DNA of 64,000 nt from Candidatus Bathyarchaeia archaeon. Lineage in GTDB: Archaea > Thermoproteota > Bathyarchaeia > Bathyarchaeales > Bathycorpusculaceae. Below the pieces are notes generated by a model. The model had not been told where the DNA came from. It saw only the letters and a program-made list of their open reading frames with translations, and did not search any database. Numbering within the stretch: position 1 is the stretch's first letter; each line of letters starts with the position of its first letter. Of this stretch, positions 48,040 through 57,884 are shown piece after piece. The stretch spans positions 1-64,000 of the forward strand of contig JAVZLS010000007.1 of assembly GCA_038883715.1 (NCBI GenBank), given 5' to 3'. The position numbers and the translations under genes are program-made.

Positions 48040-48066
48040 CTGATTCCAGCTGAAACTTGCATTCAA

Positions 48067-49254
48067 CTATACTGGTGGTGGGGGTCTCACACTCAATTGT
48101 ATGTGAACTCTTATTTGTCGCCATGAGTTGCCAGTCTTTCGCCAGATTGTTACTTCAAGCCAATCTCCTGGAATTGTGTTTGCCTCAAGGTAGCTTGCTA
48201 GATCGTCTCCGTTTCTTATGCGGGTGCCGTTTAAGGCTACTATAACATCGTTAGGATATAGTTTGTTCTTTGAAGGGCCATCTTCTATAATCTCCAATAT
48301 AAGCCAGCCGTAAGTTACTGAGAGGTTCATGTTTTTTGCTGTTTCGTAGTCCATATCCCGTCCTTTAATGCCCATGTAAGAGTGCCCCGTGTAATTTCCG
48401 TACTTAACAAGCGCGTATATTTCTCTGCGAAGCGTGTCTGATGGGATTGCGAAGCCTAGTCCTTGGGAGTCTGCAACTATGGCTGTTGTTATTCCAACAA
48501 CATTACCGCAGTAGTTTAGTAATGGGCCGCCGGAGTTTCCGGGGTTTATGGGTGCGCTTATTTGGATTATGTTGGCTATTGCAAATCCTCCAGCGTACTC
48601 TTCTTCAGTAATGGTTCTATTAAGGGCACTTACGATGCCTGTTGTCATTGAACCCATTAAGCCGTAAGGGTTTCCTATGGCTATTACTGGATCGCCCACC
48701 TTTAATGTTGAGGAGCTGACAACTATGAGTGGTTTAAATTTCTCTACTGGAGCGCCTATGACTTCGAGCACTGCCAAGTCCGCGTATGGGTCTTTGCCCA
48801 ATACTCTGGCTTCGTAGGCTTCTCCGTCAAAAAAGGTGACACTTATGCTTCTTGCGCCGTGGATAACGTGATAGTTTGTTATTACAACCATTTGGCTGGT
48901 GCTATTGTCGGTGAAGTTGTAGACGAAGCCTGAGCCCTGAACCGTTCCGCTCCAAGTTTGAACACGGATTAGCACCACGGAATCCTTCACTTTCTCGTAA
49001 ATATTGGATAGTGTTGTCAAGTTTTGGACGACTGTGAGGTTTTGGCATGGAATGTTTTTGAGGCCCCAGAGCACGGAGACTTGAGCCCTTAATCTTGAAA
49101 CTTCTGCTTTCAAGTTGTTGATTTGTGGAGTTGTTATATAGGTGGTTATTGCTCCGCCAACCATTAATCCAACAATTAGCACTAGGACGAATAGGCCTGC
49201 TGAAAAGTGCGTAACAGAATATGCGCCCATACCGTTCACCTTTAGAAGAATCAA
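48067..49254 (-). CDS. htrA: HtrA/DegP-like serine protease with PDZ domain
   Basis: TNYHV, DLAVL, GNSGGPL; N-terminal TM segment. Confidence 0.9.
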   Translation of the reverse strand: MILLKVNGMGAYSVTHFSAGLFVLVLIVGLMVGGAITTYITTPQINNLKAEVSRLRAQVSVLWGLKNIPCQNLTVVQNLTTLSNIYEKVKDSVVLIRVQTWSGTVQGSGFVYNFTDNSTSQMVVITNYHVIHGARSISVTFFDGEAYEARVLGKDPYADLAVLEVIGAPVEKFKPLIVVSSSTLKVGDPVIAIGNPYGLMGSMTTGIVSALNRTITEEEYAGGFAIANIIQISAPINPGNSGGPLLNYCGNVVGITTAIVADSQGLGFAIPSDTLRREIYALVKYGNYTGHSYMGIKGRDMDYETAKNMNLSVTYGWLILEIIEDGPSKNKLYPNDVIVALNGTRIRNGDDLASYLEANTIPGDWLEVTIWRKTGNSWRQIRVHIQLSVRPPPPV

Positions 49255-49302
49255 GCATTTGGTTAGATAAAACTTCTGGAGGCTGAGCGCTTTCTCTTTG
49301 GA

Positions 49303-50487
49303 TTATGGAGTCTGTGGGAGGCTGATTATGGCGAGTATTAATGATGCGCTTATTGCCACTATGAAAGGGTGATAGATTGTAATTTCGTATATGATTCCAC
49401 CAATGTATGGTGCTATTGTGGAGGCGAACATGCTTATTGTCTGGGGTATGGATATCCATTTGGCCCTTATGTGTTCTGGTGCTTGTGGTCCTATTATCGC
49501 GCTCATTAGAGACCATGTTATGTAGGATGCTCCTGCAAGGAAAAATGCCGCCATGAGCACGTATAGGTCGCCCGTTAGAAGCATTATGGTTAGGGATATG
49601 CCGCACGACACCATCGACGCCGCAAGCGCATATTCCTTTCCCCATCTGTCTCCAACTTTGCCCAGTATTATGCCTAAAACTGCTGAGCCGAAGAAGGCTA
49701 TTGAGCCTAAAACCCCTATTTCGAAGTCTCCGTAGTGATATGCGTCTGCTAGGAACTGGGGGACGAGTGGGCGGAACATAATCATGACAAACATTATGGA
49801 GGCGAAGAAGGCGGACATTCTAATCAGTTTTCTATCCTTTAAGAGTTCTATTGTTGATGGGTCTGCCGATGTTTTTTGTTGGCTGGTTGGCGCGTGTTGG
49901 CTTCTTATGAGGGCTAAAATGAGGGCTGCTAAAGCGTATAGGAGGAAGGACGCATAGAAGACTGTTTGCATTCCTACTTTTCCAGCCATGTATCCGCCTA
50001 GGGCTGGCGAGAAAATGTAGCCAAAAGACCATGATGAGGATATAACTGTAAAGGTTAATGTTAGCCTATTTTTGTCGGCTGATGTTACTATGTAGGCTGT
50101 GCTTGTTGGTCCTCCAAGCCAAAAACCCCAAAGAACCATTCCAGGGAGCATTTGAACCCAGTCCTTTGCTATGGAGAAGATTATTGGGGCTGGAGCCCAC
50201 GCGAGCCATCCGGCAATCATGATTTTCTTTCGGTCGTATTTGTCGGCGATGGCTCCCGCTAGGAGAAGGGTGAGGGCTGCTGTTAGACTTGTGAGGGCGT
50301 ATAAAATGCCTATTTCAACGGAACTAGCCTTAAGAGTTTCTTTCATATAGTACGGGAGGAGGTAAGCGTACAAGCCGTCTCCGAAAGAGCCTATGAGGTT
50401 TGATGTGAAAATCAGTTTTAGGTCTCTGTTTAGAACTTCGACTGGGAAGCCAATGCGCATGAGCTTTCTGTACGCTTTTTTTGGCAA
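49303..50487 (-). CDS. MFS transporter
   Basis: GAIADKYDRK and GKVGDRWGK motifs. Confidence 0.88.
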   Translation of the reverse strand: MPKKAYRKLMRIGFPVEVLNRDLKLIFTSNLIGSFGDGLYAYLLPYYMKETLKASSVEIGILYALTSLTAALTLLLAGAIADKYDRKKIMIAGWLAWAPAPIIFSIAKDWVQMLPGMVLWGFWLGGPTSTAYIVTSADKNRLTLTFTVISSSWSFGYIFSPALGGYMAGKVGMQTVFYASFLLYALAALILALIRSQHAPTSQQKTSADPSTIELLKDRKLIRMSAFFASIMFVMIMFRPLVPQFLADAYHYGDFEIGVLGSIAFFGSAVLGIILGKVGDRWGKEYALAASMVSCGISLTIMLLTGDLYVLMAAFFLAGASYITWSLMSAIIGPQAPEHIRAKWISIPQTISMFASTIAPYIGGIIYEITIYHPFIVAISASLILAIISLPQTP

Positions 50488-50612
50488 GCGTTAGCCGCAC
50501 CATGTCGTGTTATCATCGTATTTCGCAGAGCCCACTATTATCCTTAATGCTGTAGTGTTACCTGATGAAACAAGAATAACCGTACAATGAAGTTTGCAGA
50601 TTTGCGAATGTG

Positions 50613-51620
50613 CTAAGTTCTTCTGTCCACTATGTCTAAGACTTCTTGTCCCGTGCCGATTAAAACCACTGGTATGCCCAGTTGCCGTTCAATTTCTCTT
50701 ACAAACTCTTTAGCCTCTGGAGTCAACGCATCATATTTTCTCACGCCTTTGCATTTTGGGTAGACGACGTCAAGCTTTGTTAGGGCTATTTGTGTCGCTC
50801 CATTTAACATTACAGCCCTTTTCGCTATTTCAAAGTTGAAGGGGGCTGAGCGTCTTTCCCTTCCTGTTCCGGCGGCAACCTCGAACCATCCGCGTTTTAT
50901 AGCCTCCTCTCTTTGGAGTTCTCCAGGCAATGGTCCGGCGCCGACGCGGGTCATGAAGGATTTGAAGACTATTAGGACCTCGTCAACCTTTGTTGGTCCA
51001 ACACCCGCTTCTGAGCATATTGCCGAAGCACTTGTGTCTCTTCCAGTAACATATGGGTAAGTGCCGTAAAAAAGCGAGAGCATGACGCCCTGTGTTCCTT
51101 CCAATAGAACCTTCTTGCCAGCGTCTATAGCGTTGTTTGCCTCTGCCGCAACATCCGTTAGGTAGGGCTTTAGTTCCGCTATGTCCTTTGCAAGCTTTGC
51201 CGTTCTGCGAACACGTTCCTCTATGGCTGGTCCAACACCCCAGCCAGTGGTGCCTAAGCCCTTCAAATGAGCGCTTGTCCTGTCCTGTTCGGAGTGTTTC
51301 TCCTCAATTATTGAGGCTTGGTGGTCTACGCCGATGCGATTTTTGACATTTGTAAGCTCCACTTCCTCGAGGAATTTTGCCACATGAATATTTGCGCCTG
51401 CACCGATCAGGAGGCGGCACTTTTCATACACGAAGGCTGACGGAACCATGTGGAGCGCATAACGTTTTCCTTCAACCCAGACGGTGTGCGCCGCATTAAC
51501 AGAACCTGTTCTAACGCAAACATCCACTTTGTCTTTTAAAGCCAAGTAGGAGACTATCTTGCCCTTACCCTCGTCCCCCCAGAAGCCTCCAACTATGACT
51601 GTGCATGGCAATTGACTCAC
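50613..51620 (-). CDS. purA: Adenylosuccinate synthetase (short archaeal type)
   Basis: WGDEGKGK, EGTQG, GTYPYVT, TKLD. Confidence 0.95.
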   Translation of the reverse strand: MSQLPCTVIVGGFWGDEGKGKIVSYLALKDKVDVCVRTGSVNAAHTVWVEGKRYALHMVPSAFVYEKCRLLIGAGANIHVAKFLEEVELTNVKNRIGVDHQASIIEEKHSEQDRTSAHLKGLGTTGWGVGPAIEERVRRTAKLAKDIAELKPYLTDVAAEANNAIDAGKKVLLEGTQGVMLSLFYGTYPYVTGRDTSASAICSEAGVGPTKVDEVLIVFKSFMTRVGAGPLPGELQREEAIKRGWFEVAAGTGRERRSAPFNFEIAKRAVMLNGATQIALTKLDVVYPKCKGVRKYDALTPEAKEFVREIERQLGIPVVLIGTGQEVLDIVDRRT

Positions 51621-51828
51621 CGCTCACAAAATCTGTCGTGGACTATTTAAAATTGTTTTAAGCATTCTTGTCAAAACTTTGACGCGTTTTCAGAGTAGAC
51701 TGGAAACTGCCGATTTAGCGAATTCTTTATGTTTTATCATCCTAACCTCTGTCAAATTTACGTTGATTTGCATTAATTTTATATAGAGGTTTTTTCTAGA
51801 GCAAAGTTCCACCGAGGGGTGAAGGTTT

Positions 51829-51987
51829 TTGAAAACCAACCTTTACCTCTTGAAGGTGGCTCTCGCCCTTAAACTTTCAGGGCTTGGCTTTAATGTGGGC
51901 ATATGCCACCGCTGCGGGAAAATTTTTGACAGAACAGAGGAAAGCGAAACCCTATGCAAAGAATGCAAAACACACCAAAAATATTAA
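51829..51987 (+). CDS. 52-aa Zn-ribbon microprotein
   Basis: TTG start after ggggtga RBS; CHRC...CKEC. Confidence 0.55.
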   Translation: MKTNLYLLKVALALKLSGLGFNVGICHRCGKIFDRTEESETLCKECKTHQKY

Positions 51988-52034
51988 AAACCTCCATCCT
52001 TTTTCTAACCAGGAAGCATCAATTTAGAACTTTG

Positions 52035-52196
52035 TTAAATGTCAATTTTGCTTGGTTCTCGAAATTGCAAAATTGACTAGTCCCCTCTCTAGTTTTCTGG
52101 TGGAAAATGGCTTTTGGTGAGGTTTATTTTCGCTACTCCTTCCCCTCTAGCCATTTTGCGCTTGCTGTTAAGTCACAAATACGCTACCTTCTATAG
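52035..52196. repeat. Dispersed modular palindromic repeat, copy 3 (inverted, three units)
   Basis: gtcaattttgc-N15-gcaaaattgac (52041-52077), tttattttcgctac, cattttgc-N15-acaaatac (52152-52182), cccctct(ct)ag heads. Confidence 0.7.
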
Positions 52197-52215
52197 TTTT
52201 TACTGTTAGTGTGGG

Positions 52216-52464
52216 CTAGCCGACGGTCTCTCTCATTTCAACAATGTTTAAGTCCACAAGCTTCGCCCATGCAATATTTCTTAGAGGTATTTGGAGCGTG
52301 TTGCCCTTCCCGTATGATATGCATCTAAGGAAGACTTCTTTCCGCATTTCATCCTTTTTAATTTCAGCTAACTGAACGTTCACTATTACCGAGCCGTCTT
52401 TCAGGTGAAGGTTAACATTCTTTCCAAGAAAGGATTTGGCAACATTCAAGTTAAAGCCGTTCAT
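52216..52464 (-). CDS. Small beta-barrel protein (Sm/SH3-like)
   Basis: LGKNVNLHLKDGSVIVN and IPLRNI resemble Sm motifs. Confidence 0.55.
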   Translation of the reverse strand: MNGFNLNVAKSFLGKNVNLHLKDGSVIVNVQLAEIKKDEMRKEVFLRCISYGKGNTLQIPLRNIAWAKLVDLNIVEMRETVG

Positions 52465-52470
52465 GCTCTT

Positions 52471-52608
52471 TCACCATTCCAAGTCCTTTTCTGCTATTTT
52501 GCTCCAGCATCGCCTGCATATGGGGAGCTTATCACCCTTGAAGACTATGTAAACCTCGATGTCTTCGTTTCTGCATTCCTTATTCCAAGGGTTTCTACAA
52601 CGCTCCAT
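52471..52608 (-). CDS. 45-aa Cys4 microprotein
   Basis: MERCRNPWNKEC...ICRRCWSKIAEKDLEW; ggtgag RBS. Confidence 0.6.
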   Translation of the reverse strand: MERCRNPWNKECRNEDIEVYIVFKGDKLPICRRCWSKIAEKDLEW

Positions 52609-52728
52609 AGAGGCTCACCACTTTCACGCGACTGGTTAGGGTGTTCTGCCACAATCCCCTTTTAAGGCATACCATGAAACGACTTTTCCAGCAAGGGGAG
52701 AGAGATAAGTTAAAGTGAAAACTCTGTC

Positions 52729-53268
52729 CTACAAAGTTATGATTTCAGGATGAATCTTCTCCTTTGTAATCTTTAGCAGAGCCACCGTCGGTTTCGCCAC
52801 AAATGGCGGAAGAGGGTTTGTTGGACTTCCAGGGTTTATGAAGAGGACTTCGCCTTCCCACTTTACGCTTGGGTGATGCGTGTGTCCATAAACAAGCACA
52901 TTAAAGCCATTCTGTTTGGCTATTTCCCGCATCTTCCCCATGCCAAAAAGGGTCCCCGGGTCGTGCATAACGCCAATCTTCCAATCAAAAACCTTAACAG
53001 AATTCATTTTAGGAAGCTTTCCACGAATTTCAGGGCCATCCATGTTGCCGTAAACAGCCAAAACAGGGGCAAGCTGCTCCAACCTGTCTATAACCGACAG
53101 GTCAACTAGATCGCCAGCATGCACAATGTAATCAACTTTTTCGAAAATTTCAAAAACACGCCTCGGAATTTCTCTAGCTCGGGCTGGCACATGCGTGTCA
53201 GAAATCAACCCAACAATTTTCGTTGGTGGTGTCTCCCGAATTTGGCGTAAGGCTTCTTGACTCAGCAT
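52729..53268 (-). CDS. YfcE/MJ0936-family metallophosphoesterase
   Basis: SDTH, HAGD, GNMD, GHTH, NPGS. Confidence 0.92.
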   Translation of the reverse strand: MLSQEALRQIRETPPTKIVGLISDTHVPARAREIPRRVFEIFEKVDYIVHAGDLVDLSVIDRLEQLAPVLAVYGNMDGPEIRGKLPKMNSVKVFDWKIGVMHDPGTLFGMGKMREIAKQNGFNVLVYGHTHHPSVKWEGEVLFINPGSPTNPLPPFVAKPTVALLKITKEKIHPEIITL

Positions 53269-53317
53269 CCACGGCGCCTTCTACAAACAGTTAAACGTTC
53301 ATTTTGTAGATAAATTT

Positions 53318-53896
53318 TCACGGCTTTGAAACAAACTTGTTCCCTTTAATGTAGAACCTTAACTCTTGCGGAAGATCTCTTTTAACGCCTATCCTATGAG
53401 AAGTGCAGATTTCAAATTCCTCTGCCGCGGCTTCAAAAATCGCTATTTCGTTTTCAGCCTTTGTAATGTCTAGGCCGTTTTGCTCCTTCGTTATGCCCAT
53501 CGCCTTCGTAAGCCTTCCAGGACCGCTTGTAAGGGCATAAATGTTCTTAGCCCTCCTATTTTTCTTCATAACCTCTATTCCTTGGAGAGGTTCTATAGCT
53601 CTTATTAGGACGGCGCCCACACCGACTTTTGGGTGGGCAACGACGTTTAGGAGCCAGTTTCCATGAACCATGTAAATGAAGGTTTTCCCAACATCTAAAA
53701 ACATGAGTTCGTTGAAGGCTTTTCTTCCCTTATAGGCTTTTGAGGCTGGATCTTTCTCACCGTAGTAGGCTTCGGTTTCAACGATTTTCCCGCTTAAAGT
53801 TTGACTGTTAAGCCTTCTAACAAGCACTTTTCCAAGAAGTTCTCTTGCAACAGTGGCGGGGTCTCTCTCATAAAAGCTTTTGGGGAGAGGCTTCAT
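53318..53896 (-). CDS. mpg: 3-methyladenine DNA glycosylase (AAG/MPG family)
   Basis: IVETEAY, AVLIRAIEP, GPGRL, RIGV. Confidence 0.92.
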   Translation of the reverse strand: MKPLPKSFYERDPATVARELLGKVLVRRLNSQTLSGKIVETEAYYGEKDPASKAYKGRKAFNELMFLDVGKTFIYMVHGNWLLNVVAHPKVGVGAVLIRAIEPLQGIEVMKKNRRAKNIYALTSGPGRLTKAMGITKEQNGLDITKAENEIAIFEAAAEEFEICTSHRIGVKRDLPQELRFYIKGNKFVSKP

Positions 53897-53966
53897 GGCT
53901 AAAAGTGATTTTGGCGTTAGGCTTTAAATCCTTTAAACCTTTAAAAAGAATATTAGGTGAACGTAG

Positions 53967-54314
53967 ATGATAGACTCTTATGATTTCGGCGTCATGGTTA
54001 TAGATGGTAAACGCTACACAGGCGACGTCATAGTCTTTCCAGACAAAGTCATGAGCGGATGGTGGAGAAAGGAAGGCCACAGAATCTACATTGAAGACTT
54101 AAAAGAGGTTTTTAGCCACAAACCGCTCCCAGAGGTTCTAGTGGTTGGCACCGGCTATTCTGGACTTGTTAAGGTTATGCCGGAAGTCAACGAAGCCCTA
54201 AAAGAGAGGGGAATAAAGCTTATCGCCCAACCGACCGGCGAGACCTATAAGACTTTCAACGAGCTTTTGAAGGCTGGGAAGGCGGTTGCCGGCGCCTTCC
54301 ACCTAACATGCTGA
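53967..54314 (+). CDS. Mth938/DUF498-like protein
   Basis: FG...IDG, VVGTG, FHLTC. Confidence 0.85.
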   Translation: MIDSYDFGVMVIDGKRYTGDVIVFPDKVMSGWWRKEGHRIYIEDLKEVFSHKPLPEVLVVGTGYSGLVKVMPEVNEALKERGIKLIAQPTGETYKTFNELLKAGKAVAGAFHLTC

Positions 54315-54373
54315 AGGGCTTTTCTACAAAATCTTAAATGTTTTCTGGCCTATTATCCTTGAGCTAAAGTGAT

Positions 54374-55738
54374 GTGCATATGAAAGCGGAACTATTAACA
54401 GAAATTGAGAATGAAATTACCGCACTCTTAAGCGATTTAATTCGGATAAACACGACAAACCCGCCTGGAAACGAGACGCAAGCCGCAAAATACTTGGCGG
54501 AAAACTTGGAAAAGGAAGGCTTCAAATGTGAAGTTTTGGAGTCTGCCCCCGGAAGGGGAAACGTTATAACCCGCCTTAAAGGAACAGGCGAGAAGCCAAG
54601 CCTTTTACTGCTTTCCCATCTGGACGTGGTGGCTGCAAACCCAAAAGAGTGGAGTGTAGACCCCTTCTCAGGCTTGGTTAAGGACGGCTTCGTTTGGGGT
54701 AGGGGTGCCATGGACATGAAATCCATGACAGCCATGGAAGTCATGGTCATGAAGCTTCTGAAACGCAACAACGTTAAGCTTAAAGGAGACGTCATATTGG
54801 CTGCAACAGCCGACGAGGAGAAAGGCGGAGAATACGGCGCCGGATGGATCGTCCGCAATCACCCAGAAAAGGTTAGAACCGACTACGTCATAAACGAGGG
54901 CGGCGGACAAGCCATCCCAGTGGACGGCAAAAACGTTTTTACCATTCAAACAGCCGAGAAAGGCATTTTATGGTTCAAAGTTAAGGCGAAAGGGAGACCG
55001 GGACACGGCTCAGTACCAGGCACCGCTGATAATGCTATTTTGCGTATGAACCGCGTTGTGGAAAAGTTGGGTAACTATCGTGCACCGATGGTTTTGACCC
55101 CTACTGTTAAGCAGTTTTTGGCTGTGATGGCTGAGGAAAACGCCGAGGCGAGGCAAGCACTCAACATTTTGCTTCAAAACCCAAACAAGGGTGATGAGAT
55201 TTTGGACATGCTTGCCCAGAAGGATAAGGCAATGGCTGAAGAGCTCCGTGCAATGTTAAGGATGACCATTGCACCAACAATTATCCACGGTGGTGTTAAG
55301 GAGAACATAATCCCATCGGAATGTGAAGCCGTTTTCGACTGCCGAATCCTTCCTGGTCAGAACACAGCTGAAGCCCTAAGCCGCATAAAGGAGCTTCTGA
55401 GGGATGTGGGCTTGGAAAAGCTTGAGTTTGAAGTTATTCAAGCTAATGAGCCATCAGAATCTCCGTTAAACACGCCTTTGTATGGGCTTATGGTGGAAAC
55501 CCTGAAAAAGTTTGAGCCCAACTGCACCGTAGCCCCAATATTGCTGACTGGCGGAACAGACTCCCGCTTCTTTAGGAGCCTAGGCGCAGCATGTTATGGC
55601 TTTCAACCGGCGCTTTCAGACTTGCCCTATGGTGAAATATTGAAAATGGTGCACGGTATAGACGAGCGAATATCAGTTAAGAACCTAATCTTCGGAACAA
55701 GCGTACTATACAATGTTGTAGAAAAATTCATGACCTAA
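54374..55738 (+). CDS. M20 family peptidase/deacylase
   Basis: SHLDVV, GRGAMDMK, DEE, GGTD, HGIDE. Confidence 0.9.
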   Translation: MHMKAELLTEIENEITALLSDLIRINTTNPPGNETQAAKYLAENLEKEGFKCEVLESAPGRGNVITRLKGTGEKPSLLLLSHLDVVAANPKEWSVDPFSGLVKDGFVWGRGAMDMKSMTAMEVMVMKLLKRNNVKLKGDVILAATADEEKGGEYGAGWIVRNHPEKVRTDYVINEGGGQAIPVDGKNVFTIQTAEKGILWFKVKAKGRPGHGSVPGTADNAILRMNRVVEKLGNYRAPMVLTPTVKQFLAVMAEENAEARQALNILLQNPNKGDEILDMLAQKDKAMAEELRAMLRMTIAPTIIHGGVKENIIPSECEAVFDCRILPGQNTAEALSRIKELLRDVGLEKLEFEVIQANEPSESPLNTPLYGLMVETLKKFEPNCTVAPILLTGGTDSRFFRSLGAACYGFQPALSDLPYGEILKMVHGIDERISVKNLIFGTSVLYNVVEKFMT

Positions 55739-55745
55739 AAAGGGT

Positions 55746-56419
55746 TCAAGAACCCACCAAACTTTTCAATACACATCCCAATAGCGCCTGTGGTAGAAGA
55801 ACAGGCTTGCCAGTTAATCTTCTAAAAATCTCTTTAGCCTCAAGTGTGAAGCCTATGCAGTCAAGCACCGTCAAGTCAACATTTTCCTCGGCAAATAGTA
55901 GGGCGGCTTTTTCCAAGGCTTCGGTGTCGCTGTAAGGGTTTGCACTTGTCACAACCACTGAAACCCCTACTCTTTTCCATCTTCGAATCGCACCGGAGGT
56001 CTGCCCCTTCTCTGGGACAACCACGCCTATTTTCCCGCCCCTAACGCACCGTACAAGGCTTGTGATTAGGGCTTCAGGCATTATCAACGGCTTTTTGGCT
56101 TTTAAACCGGGAAACTCTCCAGTGCATAGAAGCACATTTAGGTCAACTCCTAAGCCCTCAAGCTCTTCTATGCACCTCTGAATTTTCGGCACAATCAGTC
56201 GCCTAGCTACCTTGACCGATGTCCCATCCCTTAGCCGCGTGACCAGCACATGGTCCCCAGCCTTGGAGCCAACCTATTAACTTCATCCTTTGTTAAATTG
56301 TCTAGGGCTCCTTTCTCCACAAGCTGGACTGCTTGACCGAGCATCGCTTTTAGCATGGGAGTCACGTCGTTTCTGGGCGATTGCCCAATAGTTATTAAGC
56401 CTATTTTAGCCGTCTCCAA
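55746..56419 (-). pseudogene. aroM: AroM family protein, frameshifted near 56263
   Basis: TIGQSPR in one frame; LVTRLRDG, LLCTGEF and LDCIG in another. Confidence 0.75.
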
Positions 56420-56509
56420 ACACCCTCAAGCCGTCAAATCTAGAATTTAAAGGGCTGAAATTATAAATATGAGCGTTTACGCTTATGCCTTAAAAAGGGA
56501 GGGTCTAAC

Positions 56510-56800
56510 TTGCCGGCGGTCGAGGTTGGCAGGATATGCGTCAAAATCTGTGGAAGGGAGGCTGGAAAAAAGTGCGTAATAGTTGACATGATTGACAAAA
56601 GCTTTGTGCTGGTGACTGGACCGAGAAGTGTCACTGGCGTTAAGAGGCGAAGGGCAAACATTAACCACTTGGAGCCGCTAGCCGAAAAAATTGACATAAA
56701 GCGGGGCGCCTCAGATGAAGAAGTAATTGAAGCATTAAAAAAGAAAGGACTTTTGGAGGTCATGGCTCAACCCGTCAAACCAGCCTTGGCTCCAGCTTAA
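56510..56800 (+). CDS. rpl14e: 50S ribosomal protein L14e
   Basis: [26 protein letters not shown]. Confidence 0.93.
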   Translation: MPAVEVGRICVKICGREAGKKCVIVDMIDKSFVLVTGPRSVTGVKRRRANINHLEPLAEKIDIKRGASDEEVIEALKKKGLLEVMAQPVKPALAPA

Positions 56801-56858
56801 CAAACTATTATTTAACTCCCTACTCATATTTTCTAACGTTAGAGGTGTTTTATTCAAA

Positions 56859-57884
56859 ATGCCTAGAAGTGTTCCGCCTTGGGAGATTAAACGCGAGCTA
56901 ATTGTTAAGGCTGAGGGAGAAACAGACCCAAAATATGGCTGTAAACCGGAAGAACGCCCAGCAAAAGAATACATAAGATTCGGCGTCGTAAACCTTGACA
57001 AGCCGGCTGGACCCACAAGCCACGAAGTAGCCGCATGGGTTAAACGCATACTGGGCGTTCAGAACGTCGGTCACGGCGGGACCCTAGAAGCCTAAAAGGG
57101 TTGGGGAAACCCCAACGTGACCGGCGTCCTGCCGGTAACCCTAGAAGAGTCTAGGAAGATTGTCCAAGCACTGCTTCTAAGCGGCAAAGAATACGTATGC
57201 CTCATGAAGCTTCACGGAGACGTAAGCGAGGCACGTGTGAAGGACGTGCTAAAAGAGTTTGAAGACACAATCTATCAGAGACCACCATTAAGGGCTTCTG
57301 TCAAGCGGCAGCTCCGCACTAGGCGAATTTACTACATTGACTTTCTTGAAATGGATGGGAGAAACGTGCTCTTTAAGGTTGGCTGCGAAGGCGGCACATA
57401 CATCCGCAAACTGTGCTTCGACATCGGCGAGGTTCTAGGCTGTGGGGCGCACATGCAGGAACTCCGCAGAACAAGAGCCGGACCCTTCGTTGAAGAAGAA
57501 GGCATGGTGACACTGCATGATGTAGCCTACTGGTTCATGGAGTGGCAAAAAAGTGGAGACGAAGCAATCCTAAAAAAGATTATTCAGCCCATGGAGAAAG
57601 CCCTAGCGCTTGTGCCAAAAATTTACATTAGGGACTCGGCTGTTGACGCCATATGCCACGGGGCAAACCTAACCGCTCCAGGCGTCTTATCCCTCGAAAC
57701 TGGAATAAGCGCCGGCTCGGTGGTGACGATTTTCACCTTAAAAGGTGAGGCAGTAGCCCTAGCGATGGCTGAAGCGTCTACAGAGGAAATCTTAAACATG
57801 GAGCATGGCGTGGTTGCCAAAGTAAAAAGGGTTTTAATGCCAAGGGGTACATATCCAAAGTGTTGGAAAAGCGGCGGAATATAA
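56859..57884 (+). CDS. cbf5: H/ACA pseudouridine synthase Cbf5, two exons (56859-57087 and 57109-57884)
   Basis: [12 protein letters not shown], spliced [28 protein letters not shown] domain. Confidence 0.92.
57088..57108 (+). other. 21-nt bulge-helix-bulge mRNA intron in cbf5
   Basis: Contains an in-frame TAA; removal restores the catalytic Asp codon; 3-4-3 BHB fold. Confidence 0.85.

Noticed and set aside
48902-49645. 247-aa alternative-frame ORF
   Set aside because: Overlaps the MFS and HtrA genes out of frame, with no protein-like motifs
57093-57095. cbf5 TAA as a nonsense mutation or readthrough
   Set aside because: Readthrough would leave a 7-codon insertion and no catalytic Asp; the BHB intron explains both
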